A DNA stretch of 58,028 nucleotides from positions 1-58,028 of the forward strand of contig CAJBTJ010000255.1 in the NCBI GenBank assembly GCA_903958565.1. The letters are read 5' to 3'. The notes below the pieces were generated by a model. It was not told the DNA's origin and did not search any database. It saw only the letters and a program-made list of their open reading frames with translations. The DNA comes from an uncultured beta proteobacterium. Lineage in GTDB: Bacteria > Pseudomonadota > Gammaproteobacteria > Burkholderiales > Burkholderiaceae_B. Shown here piece after piece: positions 21,606 through 31,396 of the stretch. A program made the position numbers and the translations under genes. Numbering within the stretch: position 1 is the first letter of the stretch; each line of letters starts with the position of its first letter.

Positions 21606-22709
21606 ATGACAAGCCAAGCGAATATCTCAACACCGAGCACCGAGATAGCACCTCCTGTGCGCTTATCCGTATGGAACTGGTTGCGGACGCAACTCTTTTC
21701 TTCGCCATTCAATACGTTGTTGACGATCTTGTCCGTCTGGCTCCTATTCGCAACGGTGCCTGCCATGGTTGACTGGTTTTTGATCAGCTCAACGGTCACC
21801 GCCAAAACCGCTCAGGAATGTCGAGAGGTAACCGGCGCGTGTTGGTCGATGATCGTTGAAAAGCATCGCCTGATTCTTTTCGGCGTCTACCCGTATGAAG
21901 AGCAGTGGCGCCCGTTGTTGGCGACGCTGATTCTCGTTGGAGTCATTATTCTTAGCGGCGTCCGTCGTTTCTGGAACGTTTCTTTGCCCATTCTTTGGGT
22001 CGCCGCGCTGTCGAGCGTCGCGGTTTTGATGTGGGGCGGAGTATTTGGCCTAACGTACGTTGAAAATAGTCGTTGGGGTGGTTTGCCGCTCACCTTGATT
22101 TTGTCGACCTTCGGCATTGCGTTGGCGTTCCCGCTTGGCGTGTTGCTCGCGCTAGGTCGTCGATCAAAAATGCCAGCCATTAAGACGCTTTGCGTCGTCT
22201 ACATCGAGTTGATTCGCGGTGTACCTCTGATCAGTTTGCTCTTTATGTCGGCGGTCATGCTCCCCTTGTTTTTGCCGGAAGGCATCACCATTGATAAGTT
22301 GCTGCGCGCCCAAGTGGCCATCATCTTATTTGCAGCGGCCTACATGGCCGAAACGGTTCGTGGTGGTCTGCAGGCGATTTCAAAGGGACAGTTCGAAGGT
22401 GCAGATTCGTTAGGCCTGACCTATTGGCAGCAAATGCGTTTGATCGTATTGCCGCAGGCATTGAAGATCGTCATTCCTCCACTCGTTGGACTTTTCATTG
22501 CACTGTTTAAAGACACATCATTGGTTGTGATTATCGGAATTTTTGATTTGACGCAGGCTGCCAAAGCCGCCTTGGTGGATCAGGCCTGGCGCGGCTTTAG
22601 CGTCGAGGTCTACATCTTTATCTCGGCCATTTACTTTGTGTTTTGCTATTCGATGTCTAAATACAGCCAGTCCTTAGAGAAAAGACTGGCCACGGAGCAT
22701 CAACGTTAA
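21606..22709 (+). CDS. aapM: Amino acid ABC permease
   Basis: WGGLPLTL, RGVPLISLLFM, AETVRGGLQA..GQFEGA, FKDTSLV. Confidence 0.92.
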   Translation: MTSQANISTPSTEIAPPVRLSVWNWLRTQLFSSPFNTLLTILSVWLLFATVPAMVDWFLISSTVTAKTAQECREVTGACWSMIVEKHRLILFGVYPYEEQWRPLLATLILVGVIILSGVRRFWNVSLPILWVAALSSVAVLMWGGVFGLTYVENSRWGGLPLTLILSTFGIALAFPLGVLLALGRRSKMPAIKTLCVVYIELIRGVPLISLLFMSAVMLPLFLPEGITIDKLLRAQVAIILFAAAYMAETVRGGLQAISKGQFEGADSLGLTYWQQMRLIVLPQALKIVIPPLVGLFIALFKDTSLVVIIGIFDLTQAAKAALVDQAWRGFSVEVYIFISAIYFVFCYSMSKYSQSLEKRLATEHQR

Positions 22710-22756
22710 CGGTGTGTTGATAACCATCGAGCGCTAAATATTTCTGGAGATCGAGT

Positions 22757-23497
22757 ATGGCTGACGCCATCATTAGCATGAAAGAAGTCAACAAGTGGTT
22801 CGGCAAATTCCACGTGTTGCGTGACATTAGTCTCGACGTCGGACGAGGTGAACGGATCGTGATTTGTGGGCCTTCTGGTTCGGGTAAGTCAACGCTCATT
22901 CGTTGTATTAACCGTCTGGAAGAGCACCAGAAAGGCCAAATCATCGTTGAGGGCACCGAAATCACCAACGACATTCGTGATGTTGAAGCGATTCGTCGCG
23001 ACGTGGGGATGGTATTCCAGCATTTCAATTTGTTTCCTCACCTCACCGTGCTCGAGAACCTGACGCTTGGTCCGATCTGGGTACTGAAGACACCAAAAGC
23101 CGAGGCTGAGGCCAGGGCGATGAAGTATCTTGAGCGTGTCCGTATTGCAGAGCAGGCGAGCAAATTTCCAGGACAACTGTCCGGCGGGCAGCAACAACGT
23201 GTCGCGATTGCGCGTTCTTTGTGCATGGATCCTAAGGTCATGCTGTTTGACGAACCAACCTCCGCGCTCGATCCTGAGATGGTTAAAGAAGTGCTCGATG
23301 TCATGGTCGGTTTGGCCGAAGACACCGGCATGACGATGCTCGTCGTGACCCATGAAATGGGTTTCGCCCGAAAAGTTGCAGATCGAGTGATCTTTATGGA
23401 TCGCGGCGAGATCATCGAGCAGAACACGCCAGACGCTTTCTTCGACAATCCGCAGAACGAGCGGACTCAGCTGTTTCTGAGTCAAATTCTGCATTAA
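22757..23497 (+). CDS. aapP: Amino acid ABC ATP-binding protein
   Basis: [29 protein letters not shown]. Confidence 0.94.
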   Translation: MADAIISMKEVNKWFGKFHVLRDISLDVGRGERIVICGPSGSGKSTLIRCINRLEEHQKGQIIVEGTEITNDIRDVEAIRRDVGMVFQHFNLFPHLTVLENLTLGPIWVLKTPKAEAEARAMKYLERVRIAEQASKFPGQLSGGQQQRVAIARSLCMDPKVMLFDEPTSALDPEMVKEVLDVMVGLAEDTGMTMLVVTHEMGFARKVADRVIFMDRGEIIEQNTPDAFFDNPQNERTQLFLSQILH

Positions 23498-23584
23498 TTT
23501 TCTGTCAGCCATTCTTGCTCGATGTGGCTTGGGCAGTGATGCTTGGCGCGATGCGCTCTCGCAGGTATACCTTTGGGGTGATAG

Positions 23585-24601
23585 ATGAATCAATCTTTTC
23601 GTTTGATGCGCAGGCATCTCCTGTTGTTGGGCTTGGCTTGCGCAGGCCTGGTTGGCATCAGTTCGGTTGCGACGGCACAGGCGCAAGCCCAGTGGCCCAG
23701 TAAGCCCATCCGTTTTGTGGTGCCTTATCCTCCAGGCGGACCGTTAGACACTGTCGCTCGCGTGTTGGCTGAAAAAGTCAAAGTCTCGTTAGGGCAACCC
23801 GTTGTCGTAGAGAACAAGCCTGGCGCGGGTGGCAATATTGGTGTGGATCTCATTGCGAAGGCCCAGCCTGATGGCTATTCGCTTGTGATGGGGGCCGTGG
23901 CCACGCATGCAATCAATCCCTGGCTATTTTCCAAAATTCCCTACGACGCGGTGAAAGATTTTGCGCCCGTTGCACTCGTGGCGTCGGTGCCTAATGTGCT
24001 CGTGGTGAATAAGGAGTTCGCAGATAAAAATAAAATACGTACGATGGCTGACTTGGTTGCCTATGGCCAAGCAAATCCTGGGAAATTAAATTACGGTTCT
24101 GGTGGTGCGGGCAGTGCAGGCCATTTGGCGGGCGAATTGCTCGGTGTACGTGCCCAAGTCAAGATGGTGCATATTCCTTATCAAGGTGCTGCGCCCGCCA
24201 AGCTAGCCTTGTTGTCCGGACAGTCAGACTTCATGTTTGACAATTTGGCCTCCGCCGCTCCGCTGATTAAAGAAGGAAAAGTCATCGCTTTGGCCGTGAC
24301 GACGACTGCTCGCTCTGCGATGTTGCCTGAGGTTCCGACAGTCGAGCAGTCTGGCTTCAAGCCTTTCGATATTGGTACCTGGTTTGGCGTGTTTACGACA
24401 GCAGGGACGCCTGCTGCAGTGCTTACGAAGCTACACAACGCGTACGCACAAGCCTTGGCAGACCCCGAGGTTGCTAAGCGTTTGGCTGAGATGGGATCCA
24501 ATGCAAAAGCCCTGAGCTCCGTTGAGTTCGCTGAGATGGTTAAACAAGAGCTCGAAAAATATAAAGATCTCGTGAAGCTGTCTGGCGCGCAAGTGAACTA
24601 A
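23585..24601 (+). CDS. Bug / TctC-family tripartite tricarboxylate transporter substrate-binding protein
   Basis: WPSKPIRFVVPYPPGG, VENKPGAGG, YGSGGAGS..HL, HIPYQG. Confidence 0.92.
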   Translation: MNQSFRLMRRHLLLLGLACAGLVGISSVATAQAQAQWPSKPIRFVVPYPPGGPLDTVARVLAEKVKVSLGQPVVVENKPGAGGNIGVDLIAKAQPDGYSLVMGAVATHAINPWLFSKIPYDAVKDFAPVALVASVPNVLVVNKEFADKNKIRTMADLVAYGQANPGKLNYGSGGAGSAGHLAGELLGVRAQVKMVHIPYQGAAPAKLALLSGQSDFMFDNLASAAPLIKEGKVIALAVTTTARSAMLPEVPTVEQSGFKPFDIGTWFGVFTTAGTPAAVLTKLHNAYAQALADPEVAKRLAEMGSNAKALSSVEFAEMVKQELEKYKDLVKLSGAQVN

Positions 24602-24607
24602 TTGTTG

Positions 24608-24627
24608 TGATGGCGATAATGCCATCA
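24608..24627. terminator. Putative terminator hairpin between convergent Bug and MFS genes
   Basis: TGATGGC-GATAAT-GCCATCA with AT-rich flanks. Confidence 0.45.
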
Positions 24628-24643
24628 AACGATAGCCTGTGCG

Positions 24644-26074
24644 CTACTTTCGGCGCAGCGATGCGCCTGCAGTGGATGACAAGCGCCAGAACGAAAGCGC
24701 GGCGAGCGAGCAAAGTGTGCCGATGACTAAAAAGCCAATCAACACATCTTGTGGGTCGACGCTCTGCGAGCCACGCAACGACATGCTTAGGCTCACAGTT
24801 TCGGCGGCGACGCCAACACCCAGGCTGATGCCCAGTTGCTGACCCATTGCAGCGAAACTGCTCGCACGACTCATGTCTGTCTGATTGATATCTGCATAGG
24901 CCAGTGTATTGACGGCGGTGAACTGCAGCGATCTGAAGAACCCACCGAGCAGCAGAATAGCCATCATCACGAGGCCCGGTGTCTCTTGTGTGAAGCTTGC
25001 ACAAATCATCAAGCTCAGTCCCGTAAAGATGGCGTTGATTGTCAGCACGCGTCGATAACCCCAGCGATTTAGGATGCGTGGTGCCGCCACTTTCATGGCG
25101 AGTGACCCCACAGCACCTGCAAAGGTGATCAATCCAGCGGCGAGTGCGCTCATCCCAAATCCCACCTGTAACAAGAGGGCAAGAAGATAAGGTGTCGCCC
25201 CAATACTGAAGCGGCAGAGATTGCCTGCGAACATGGCGATTCTAAATGTTTGAATCTTCAGTAGCGAGAGATTGAGGATGGGCTCTGCATGTCGACGTGC
25301 ATGGAGTGTATAGCCCCATCCAGCGATCAGCCCTAATGCGATCAGAAAGAGGCTTAGGTGTGCAGAGGACCCACCATTGCCAAGCATCTCGAAGCCGCTG
25401 ACCAGGCAGGCCATACACAGCGCGCTGAGGATAAAGCCCCAAAAATCCAGACGATGGGTTAAGCCGTCTGAAGGCAGCTCTCGAACATGCTTGAACACCA
25501 TCCAAATCCCTAAGAATCCGATAGGAATGTTGATCAGAAAAATCCAATGCCAAGAGGCGTAAGTGACTAAAAATCCGCCAAGTGGTGGGCCTGCCATGGG
25601 GCCGATCAGCGCGGGCATCGATAAAAGTGCCATCGCCTTGATGAGTTCATGTTTTGGAATGGACCGCAACAAAATGATGCGTCCCACAGGTACCATCATG
25701 GCCCCACCCAAGCCTTGCACGATGCGTGACATGACCAATTGGGTCAGCGTCTGCGAAAGCGCACAGGTTAGGGAACTAAGCGAAAACAGCACAATGGCTG
25801 CAATAAAGACCTTCCGGGCGCCGTAGCGGTCGGCCGCCCAACCACTAATCGGTACAAAAACTGCCGTTGAAATGAGATAGGACGTGATCGCCAGATTCAT
25901 TTCAATCGGATTTGAGCCTAATTCACGTGCCATGGTCGGTAAGGCCGTTGTGACCACCGTCGCATCGAGCATTTGCATGAGTAGGGCGCATCCGACGATG
26001 ATCGGCAAAATTCGTCGGGATTTCTCGGGAACGGAGTCCGGCTCGTCGAGATTAGGTAAATTGGGCTGCTGCAT
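24644..26074 (-). CDS. DHA2 (14-TM) MFS transporter, EmrB/QacA/MdtD-like
   Basis: MLDATVVTTALP, GWAADRYGAR, QGLGGAMMVPVGR, WIFLINIPIG. Start uncertain. Confidence 0.88.
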   Translation of the reverse strand: MQQPNLPNLDEPDSVPEKSRRILPIIVGCALLMQMLDATVVTTALPTMARELGSNPIEMNLAITSYLISTAVFVPISGWAADRYGARKVFIAAIVLFSLSSLTCALSQTLTQLVMSRIVQGLGGAMMVPVGRIILLRSIPKHELIKAMALLSMPALIGPMAGPPLGGFLVTYASWHWIFLINIPIGFLGIWMVFKHVRELPSDGLTHRLDFWGFILSALCMACLVSGFEMLGNGGSSAHLSLFLIALGLIAGWGYTLHARRHAEPILNLSLLKIQTFRIAMFAGNLCRFSIGATPYLLALLLQVGFGMSALAAGLITFAGAVGSLAMKVAAPRILNRWGYRRVLTINAIFTGLSLMICASFTQETPGLVMMAILLLGGFFRSLQFTAVNTLAYADINQTDMSRASSFAAMGQQLGISLGVGVAAETVSLSMSLRGSQSVDPQDVLIGFLVIGTLCSLAALSFWRLSSTAGASLRRK

Positions 26075-26136
26075 GGGAGTGATTTGATCGCGTCTACAGT
26101 ACACTAGACGACAGTCTAACCTTTCGCTGATCTTCC

Positions 26137-26325
26137 ATGGCCGAGCACTACACCTCCGAAATTACGCAGTTCCTCGAATCGTACAAATCTAGCCACCCTG
26201 ACGTTGAGCAGCGCCAGCGAGACGGCCGGGCGCGTTTGTGGGACAAGGCTCAGGATACAGAGCTCGCTGAAGGCTTCAAGCAGGCCCGTGTGCGTCAACA
26301 TCCTTACGTTTATCAGAACAACTAG
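26137..26325 (+). CDS. DUF3460-family small protein
   Basis: YTSEITQFL..K..HP.VE.RQ..GRARLWDK...ARVRQHPYVYQ; typical position upstream of scpA. Confidence 0.8.
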   Translation: MAEHYTSEITQFLESYKSSHPDVEQRQRDGRARLWDKAQDTELAEGFKQARVRQHPYVYQNN

Positions 26326-26330
26326 GCCAA

Positions 26331-27209
26331 ATGAATTCGGTCCAGGTTTCAGGTGAAAGTCTAGAGGCGCTCGTCGAACCCTCTGTCGATACGACTCCCG
26401 ATGTTGTCGATACCGTCGCGCTCGCGCGGCTGTACGGAGAACCGCTGTTCGCCCTGCCTACCGATCTGTACATCCCGCCCGATGCGCTCGAGGTTTTCCT
26501 CGAGACGTTTCAAGGGCCGCTAGACTTGCTGTTGTATTTGATTCGCAAGCAAAACTTCAACGTCCTTGACATTCCGATGGCTGAGGTGACTCGCCAATAT
26601 TTGTCGTACGTCGATCAGATTCGTATGCATAACCTTGAGCTAGCGGCAGAATACTTGCTGATGGCTGCGATGCTCATCGAAATCAAAGCCAGAATGTTAT
26701 TGCCGGTCAAAAAGACCGAGCCGGGCCAAGAGCCGGAAGACCCTCGTGCTGAACTCGTACGTCGTCTGTTGGAGTACGAGAAAATGAAGCTCGCGGCGCA
26801 GCAGCTTGATGCGCTGCCTCAGCTCGGGAGGGATTTTCAGCGGGCGCAAGCGTTTGCTGATTTAAGTATTGAACGTGCGTTGCCAGAAGTGAGTGTTGAA
26901 GACTTGCGTCAGGCATGGATCGATATCCTCAAGCGCGCAAAGCTCAATGCGCATCATCATATTACGCGGGAGCAGTTGTCCGTGCGTGACCACATGACGC
27001 ACATTCTGCGTCGCTTATCTGATGTTCGGTTTATTGAATTTGGTCAGCTGTTTATGGAGCGCATTGCTGAGGGATCTGCTGTAGCGGTTGTAGTGGTGCA
27101 CTTCCTGGCCTTGCTTGAACTGTCCCGCGAATCTTTGCTAGAAATTACACAGGCTGAACCCTATGCGCCTATTTATGTGCGCTTGGCTTATACCAGCGCT
27201 GCGGTTTAG
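26331..27209 (+). CDS. scpA: Segregation and condensation protein A
   Basis: FQGPLDLLLYLIR, AAEYLLMAAMLIEIK, FLALLEL. Confidence 0.93.
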   Translation: MNSVQVSGESLEALVEPSVDTTPDVVDTVALARLYGEPLFALPTDLYIPPDALEVFLETFQGPLDLLLYLIRKQNFNVLDIPMAEVTRQYLSYVDQIRMHNLELAAEYLLMAAMLIEIKARMLLPVKKTEPGQEPEDPRAELVRRLLEYEKMKLAAQQLDALPQLGRDFQRAQAFADLSIERALPEVSVEDLRQAWIDILKRAKLNAHHHITREQLSVRDHMTHILRRLSDVRFIEFGQLFMERIAEGSAVAVVVVHFLALLELSRESLLEITQAEPYAPIYVRLAYTSAAV

Positions 27210-28082
<873 letters not shown>

Positions 28083-28112
28083 ACTCTGTCAATACGTACC
28101 TAGGGTTATTCC

Positions 28113-28132
28113 GCCTGTCAGATTTGACAGCT
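28113..28132. promoter_or_regulatory. lux-box-like palindrome (alternatively the panC terminator hairpin)
   Basis: GCCTGTCAGATTTGACAGCT = CTGTCA-N4-TGACAG, fits the CT-N12-AG lux/las box pattern; followed by TTTT. Confidence 0.5.
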
Positions 28133-28188
28133 TTTCTGCCTCGCTCTGCCGTGCCAGACTGCGTTTCGTCATGAAACGGAGAGGCGGC

Positions 28189-28458
28189 ATGAAGTACGTT
28201 GACGAAACGAATGGGGCGGGTTGGAAAGCACTGACAGCGCGTGAGCGCGACGTCATTCATCCCGTTGCAGAGGGAAAATCAAATAAGCTGATCGCAATCG
28301 AGCTCGGTATTTCAATGCGCACCGTCGAGGCGCATCGAGCACGAATTTTTTACAAGATGGGGGTACGTAATGCGGTGCAACTGGCTCGACATGTTTGCAC
28401 ACAACCTGAGCACAGTTGCGAGGCCCCCTTAGTTCAGGGGCAGTTTGGTGATGTTTGA
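28189..28458 (+). CDS. FixJ/NarL-type LuxR HTH-only regulator
   Basis: LTARERDV...AEGKSNKLIAIELGISMRTVEAHRARIFYKMGVRN; GGAGAGG RBS before ATG 28189 (alternative start 28171); no receiver domain. Confidence 0.85.
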   Translation: MKYVDETNGAGWKALTARERDVIHPVAEGKSNKLIAIELGISMRTVEAHRARIFYKMGVRNAVQLARHVCTQPEHSCEAPLVQGQFGDV

Positions 28459-29150
28459 TTGTTTAATTCGTTGATTGGATCAAGGTCTGGTTGGCGCGTA
28501 AGGGTATAGGTGAGGTTGGGCACGTCACCGTTGATTGAAATCAAACGCAATACGTTGGTACTTGTCATGCCCAACTCTGCACGCACGTTGTTTTGGTTGT
28601 TTAGCAAAACGATCCGAGGTACAGCTTGGGCCGTGGCACGCCAGCAACCTTGATCTGCTAGCTGAGATGTCTTGTTGTTCTGTCCGAGGTAGGCCGCACG
28701 GGCGCGCCAACGACCATTCGGCGACATCGTAACCGTCACACGTTGCGCGACACACTTCATCTCAGGGTGGAAGCAAGGAAGTGTACCGGCAAAGGTTTGT
28801 GGTTCTGGAATCAGCTCTGATCGCACGGTGTCCAACGGGCCGGCCGCGGCCGAGGTCGCCACCGTGGCACCTGCTGCAGGGTTGGCCGTTACATTGGCAG
28901 CAGACTGCTGTTGAGCGGGGGCAGAGGACTTCAAACCAATCTGTATTTGATTGGGGGGGCGTACCGCCTGTGTGGCATAGGCGCCCTCAGCTTGTGCTTG
29001 AGCATCCGTTGCTGAACTCGCCGCAGGCAGGTTGTAGTAACCCGATTGCTGCATTTGGGCACAAGCCGTCAGAAGCAACGCACTGACCAGGATGGCCCCA
29101 CGATATAGGTAGGTAACGTGGGGCTGGCTGAGTTTGTTTTGTCTGAACAT
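28434..29150 (-). CDS. Lipoprotein with NlpE N-terminal-like domain
   Basis: Lipobox LLTAC, Ala/Gln-rich linker, then TFAGTLPC..C...VTVTMSPNG resembling the NlpE GxLPCxxC motif. Confidence 0.7.
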   Translation of the reverse strand: MFRQNKLSQPHVTYLYRGAILVSALLLTACAQMQQSGYYNLPAASSATDAQAQAEGAYATQAVRPPNQIQIGLKSSAPAQQQSAANVTANPAAGATVATSAAAGPLDTVRSELIPEPQTFAGTLPCFHPEMKCVAQRVTVTMSPNGRWRARAAYLGQNNKTSQLADQGCWRATAQAVPRIVLLNNQNNVRAELGMTSTNVLRLISINGDVPNLTYTLTRQPDLDPINELNNQTSPNCP

Positions 29151-29243
29151 GATTGACTTCCTGAGTCGAGGGCATAACTGAATTAATGTCTGCATTCTAC
29201 GCATTTGCCCGTCTCCCTGCAGACGAATTTGCCTGGATTTTGT

Positions 29244-29948
29244 ATGTTTACTAATATTTTGGGCTGGCTTGCTTTAGGGGCGATCGCCGGATCGCTCTTG
29301 GGTTTTTTGCTCGTATGGGTTGTGCGGCAAATCTTTAGCCGCTGTTGGCTCGCTTGGGGCTTGATAGAGCCTGGCCATGACTTCCCGTCGACGCACACCG
29401 CGCAGGCCCAGAGATTGGACGTCCAACTGTTGCTCTCTAGTGCGCTGTGCGGAGCGGCCGTAGCCGGGTCAAACGCATTACGTAGCCCAGTGTTGTGGGA
29501 AGCCCTATGGTCGGGCCCTCTGTTTTGTAGCCTCTTGTTACTGCAGGCGCGCATCGACGCCCAGACGGGTTTACTGCCCGATCGCTTGACACTGGGCATG
29601 CTCTGGCTAGGGCTGTTGTTTAACTTGTGCGGTGGATGGGTCTCGCTCGAGCGCTCGGTGGCCGGGGCTGCCACGGGCTATATTGTCATGTGGCTATTGG
29701 CGGTCGTGTTCTATGGTGTAACGGGTCGTGAGGCGATGGGACGCGGTGACTTTAAACTGTCGGCAGCGATGGGCGCTTGGCTCGGACTGTGGGCTTTGCC
29801 CAGCGTCTGGCTGGTTGCGTCTGCGTGGGTCTGCATCACTGCTGCCTTGGACCATGTATGTGGGCGACAACATTTCCGGGCGCCCAGGCCGTTTGGGCCA
29901 GGACTGGCGCTAGGCGGTATTCTGGTGATGTTGTCGCGGGTAAATTGA
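29244..29948 (+). CDS. pilD: A24 prepilin peptidase (reduced PilD)
   Basis: IDAQTGLLPD and AMGRGDFKL catalytic aspartate motifs, C-terminal PFGPGLA; directly upstream of coaE. Confidence 0.8.
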   Translation: MFTNILGWLALGAIAGSLLGFLLVWVVRQIFSRCWLAWGLIEPGHDFPSTHTAQAQRLDVQLLLSSALCGAAVAGSNALRSPVLWEALWSGPLFCSLLLLQARIDAQTGLLPDRLTLGMLWLGLLFNLCGGWVSLERSVAGAATGYIVMWLLAVVFYGVTGREAMGRGDFKLSAAMGAWLGLWALPSVWLVASAWVCITAALDHVCGRQHFRAPRPFGPGLALGGILVMLSRVN

Positions 29949-29970
29949 AGGGGTAATAAGGAGTCGCGGT

Positions 29971-30579
29971 ATGTTCAAGCTTGGTCTGACCGGGGGGATT
30001 GGTTCTGGTAAGACTTACGTTGCCAATTTATTGGCAGGGTGGGGCGCCAGCGTGATTGACACGGATCAGATTGCTCATGCCCTGACAGCCCCAGAGGGCC
30101 TTGCTATTTCGCCAATCCGGACAGCGTTTGGGTGTGACGTAATCGGTCCAGAGGGGGCGCTTGATCGTTCAAAGATGAGAGAGCTGGTGTTCTCCAACCC
30201 GGCCAAACGCGTCACATTAGAGGAGATCTTGCACCCTCTCATTGCTCAGGAAGTTTTGGTTCAAGCCAAGACAGCGACGGGTCTCTACGCTGTGTTTGTC
30301 GTCCCATTATTGGTGGAGTCTGGCCGGTGGCGGGATCGAATTGATCGTCTGTGCGTAGTGGATTGCGACGAGGCGACCCAGATTGCGCGCGTCCAGGCCC
30401 GTTCGGGGATTCCAATCGACACGATTCGCCGAATCCTTGACGCCCAAGCTAGCAGAGAGCAAAGATTGGCGGTTGCAGACGACATAATTATCAATTCGGC
30501 AAGCACTACAGTACAGGAACTTGAAAAACAGGTATTGGTCCTGCACGAGGGGTGGTGTAACCTATCGGTATCTGGCTAA
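29971..30579 (+). CDS. coaE: Dephospho-CoA kinase
   Basis: GLTGGIGSGKT, IDTDQIAH, LEEILHP, VPLLVE. Confidence 0.96.
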   Translation: MFKLGLTGGIGSGKTYVANLLAGWGASVIDTDQIAHALTAPEGLAISPIRTAFGCDVIGPEGALDRSKMRELVFSNPAKRVTLEEILHPLIAQEVLVQAKTATGLYAVFVVPLLVESGRWRDRIDRLCVVDCDEATQIARVQARSGIPIDTIRRILDAQASREQRLAVADDIIINSASTTVQELEKQVLVLHEGWCNLSVSG

Positions 30580-30625
30580 ATGCGCCCATTTTCGGTGCAT
30601 CGCCTGCCTTTAGCGACAAATTGCT

Positions 30626-31378
30626 TTGATTCTTTTTGAATATCCGTTTAACGAGCGAATCCGTGCGCTGATGCGTCTGGAGTCTTTGCTTGACCGGATG
30701 ATATTTTTCGCGAAGTCTGGGGATGCACGCCACCACCAAGTGGCTTTGGCAGCGCTTTTTGATTTGCTCGATGCCACGGAGCGCACAGACGTGAAAGGTG
30801 GTGTTGTGCAGGATTTGGAACGTCAGCGCAACGTCCTTTCGTCGCTGAAAGACCATCCCAGCGTCGATGAAAAAACCTTAGCGAACATGCTTGTCGAGCT
30901 TGATCGGGTGATCGTTAATCTGAATGCGGCCGGAAAGACAGGGCAGGAATTGCGTGCAAACGAGTGGCTAAGCAGCCTGCGCGGACGACTCGCCCTGCCG
31001 GGGGGCGGAACGCAAGTGGATATGCCATCTTTTCATGCCTGGCAGTACGGTACAGAAGCCGAACGTTGTAACGACTTGCAACGTTGGATGTCGACGCTCA
31101 TGCCGCTGCAGGCTGGAATTTCGATGGTGATGCGACTGTTGCGCGAGACGGGGCAAGCGACCGACGCCGTTGCGCCCAAGGGTGCGTTTCAACAAATGTT
31201 AGCGGGAAAAACTTATCAGCTGTTGCGCGTATGGGTCGATCAGTCCCTTGGTGTTTTTCCTGAAATCAGCGCCAACAAATACATGGTCTGGATTCGCTAT
31301 TCCGCACAGGATGGCGAGCATCGACCCCATGCGGTGACGCATGACGTCAACTTCAAAATGACTCTTTGCGCCCTCTAA
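30626..31378 (+). CDS. zapD: Cell division protein ZapD
   Basis: EYPFNERIR.LMRLE, PEISANKY; TTG start; follows coaE. Confidence 0.93.
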   Translation: MILFEYPFNERIRALMRLESLLDRMIFFAKSGDARHHQVALAALFDLLDATERTDVKGGVVQDLERQRNVLSSLKDHPSVDEKTLANMLVELDRVIVNLNAAGKTGQELRANEWLSSLRGRLALPGGGTQVDMPSFHAWQYGTEAERCNDLQRWMSTLMPLQAGISMVMRLLRETGQATDAVAPKGAFQQMLAGKTYQLLRVWVDQSLGVFPEISANKYMVWIRYSAQDGEHRPHAVTHDVNFKMTLCAL

Positions 31379-31396
31379 GGGCCGGTTGGAATCCCT

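Noticed and set aside
22889-23686. 265-aa antisense ORF opposite aapP
   Set aside because: Typical antisense shadow of an ABC ATPase; no independent evidence.
28124-28129. Perfect TTGACA as a -35 element
   Set aside because: No plausible -10 at 16-18 bp; it is part of the palindrome arm.
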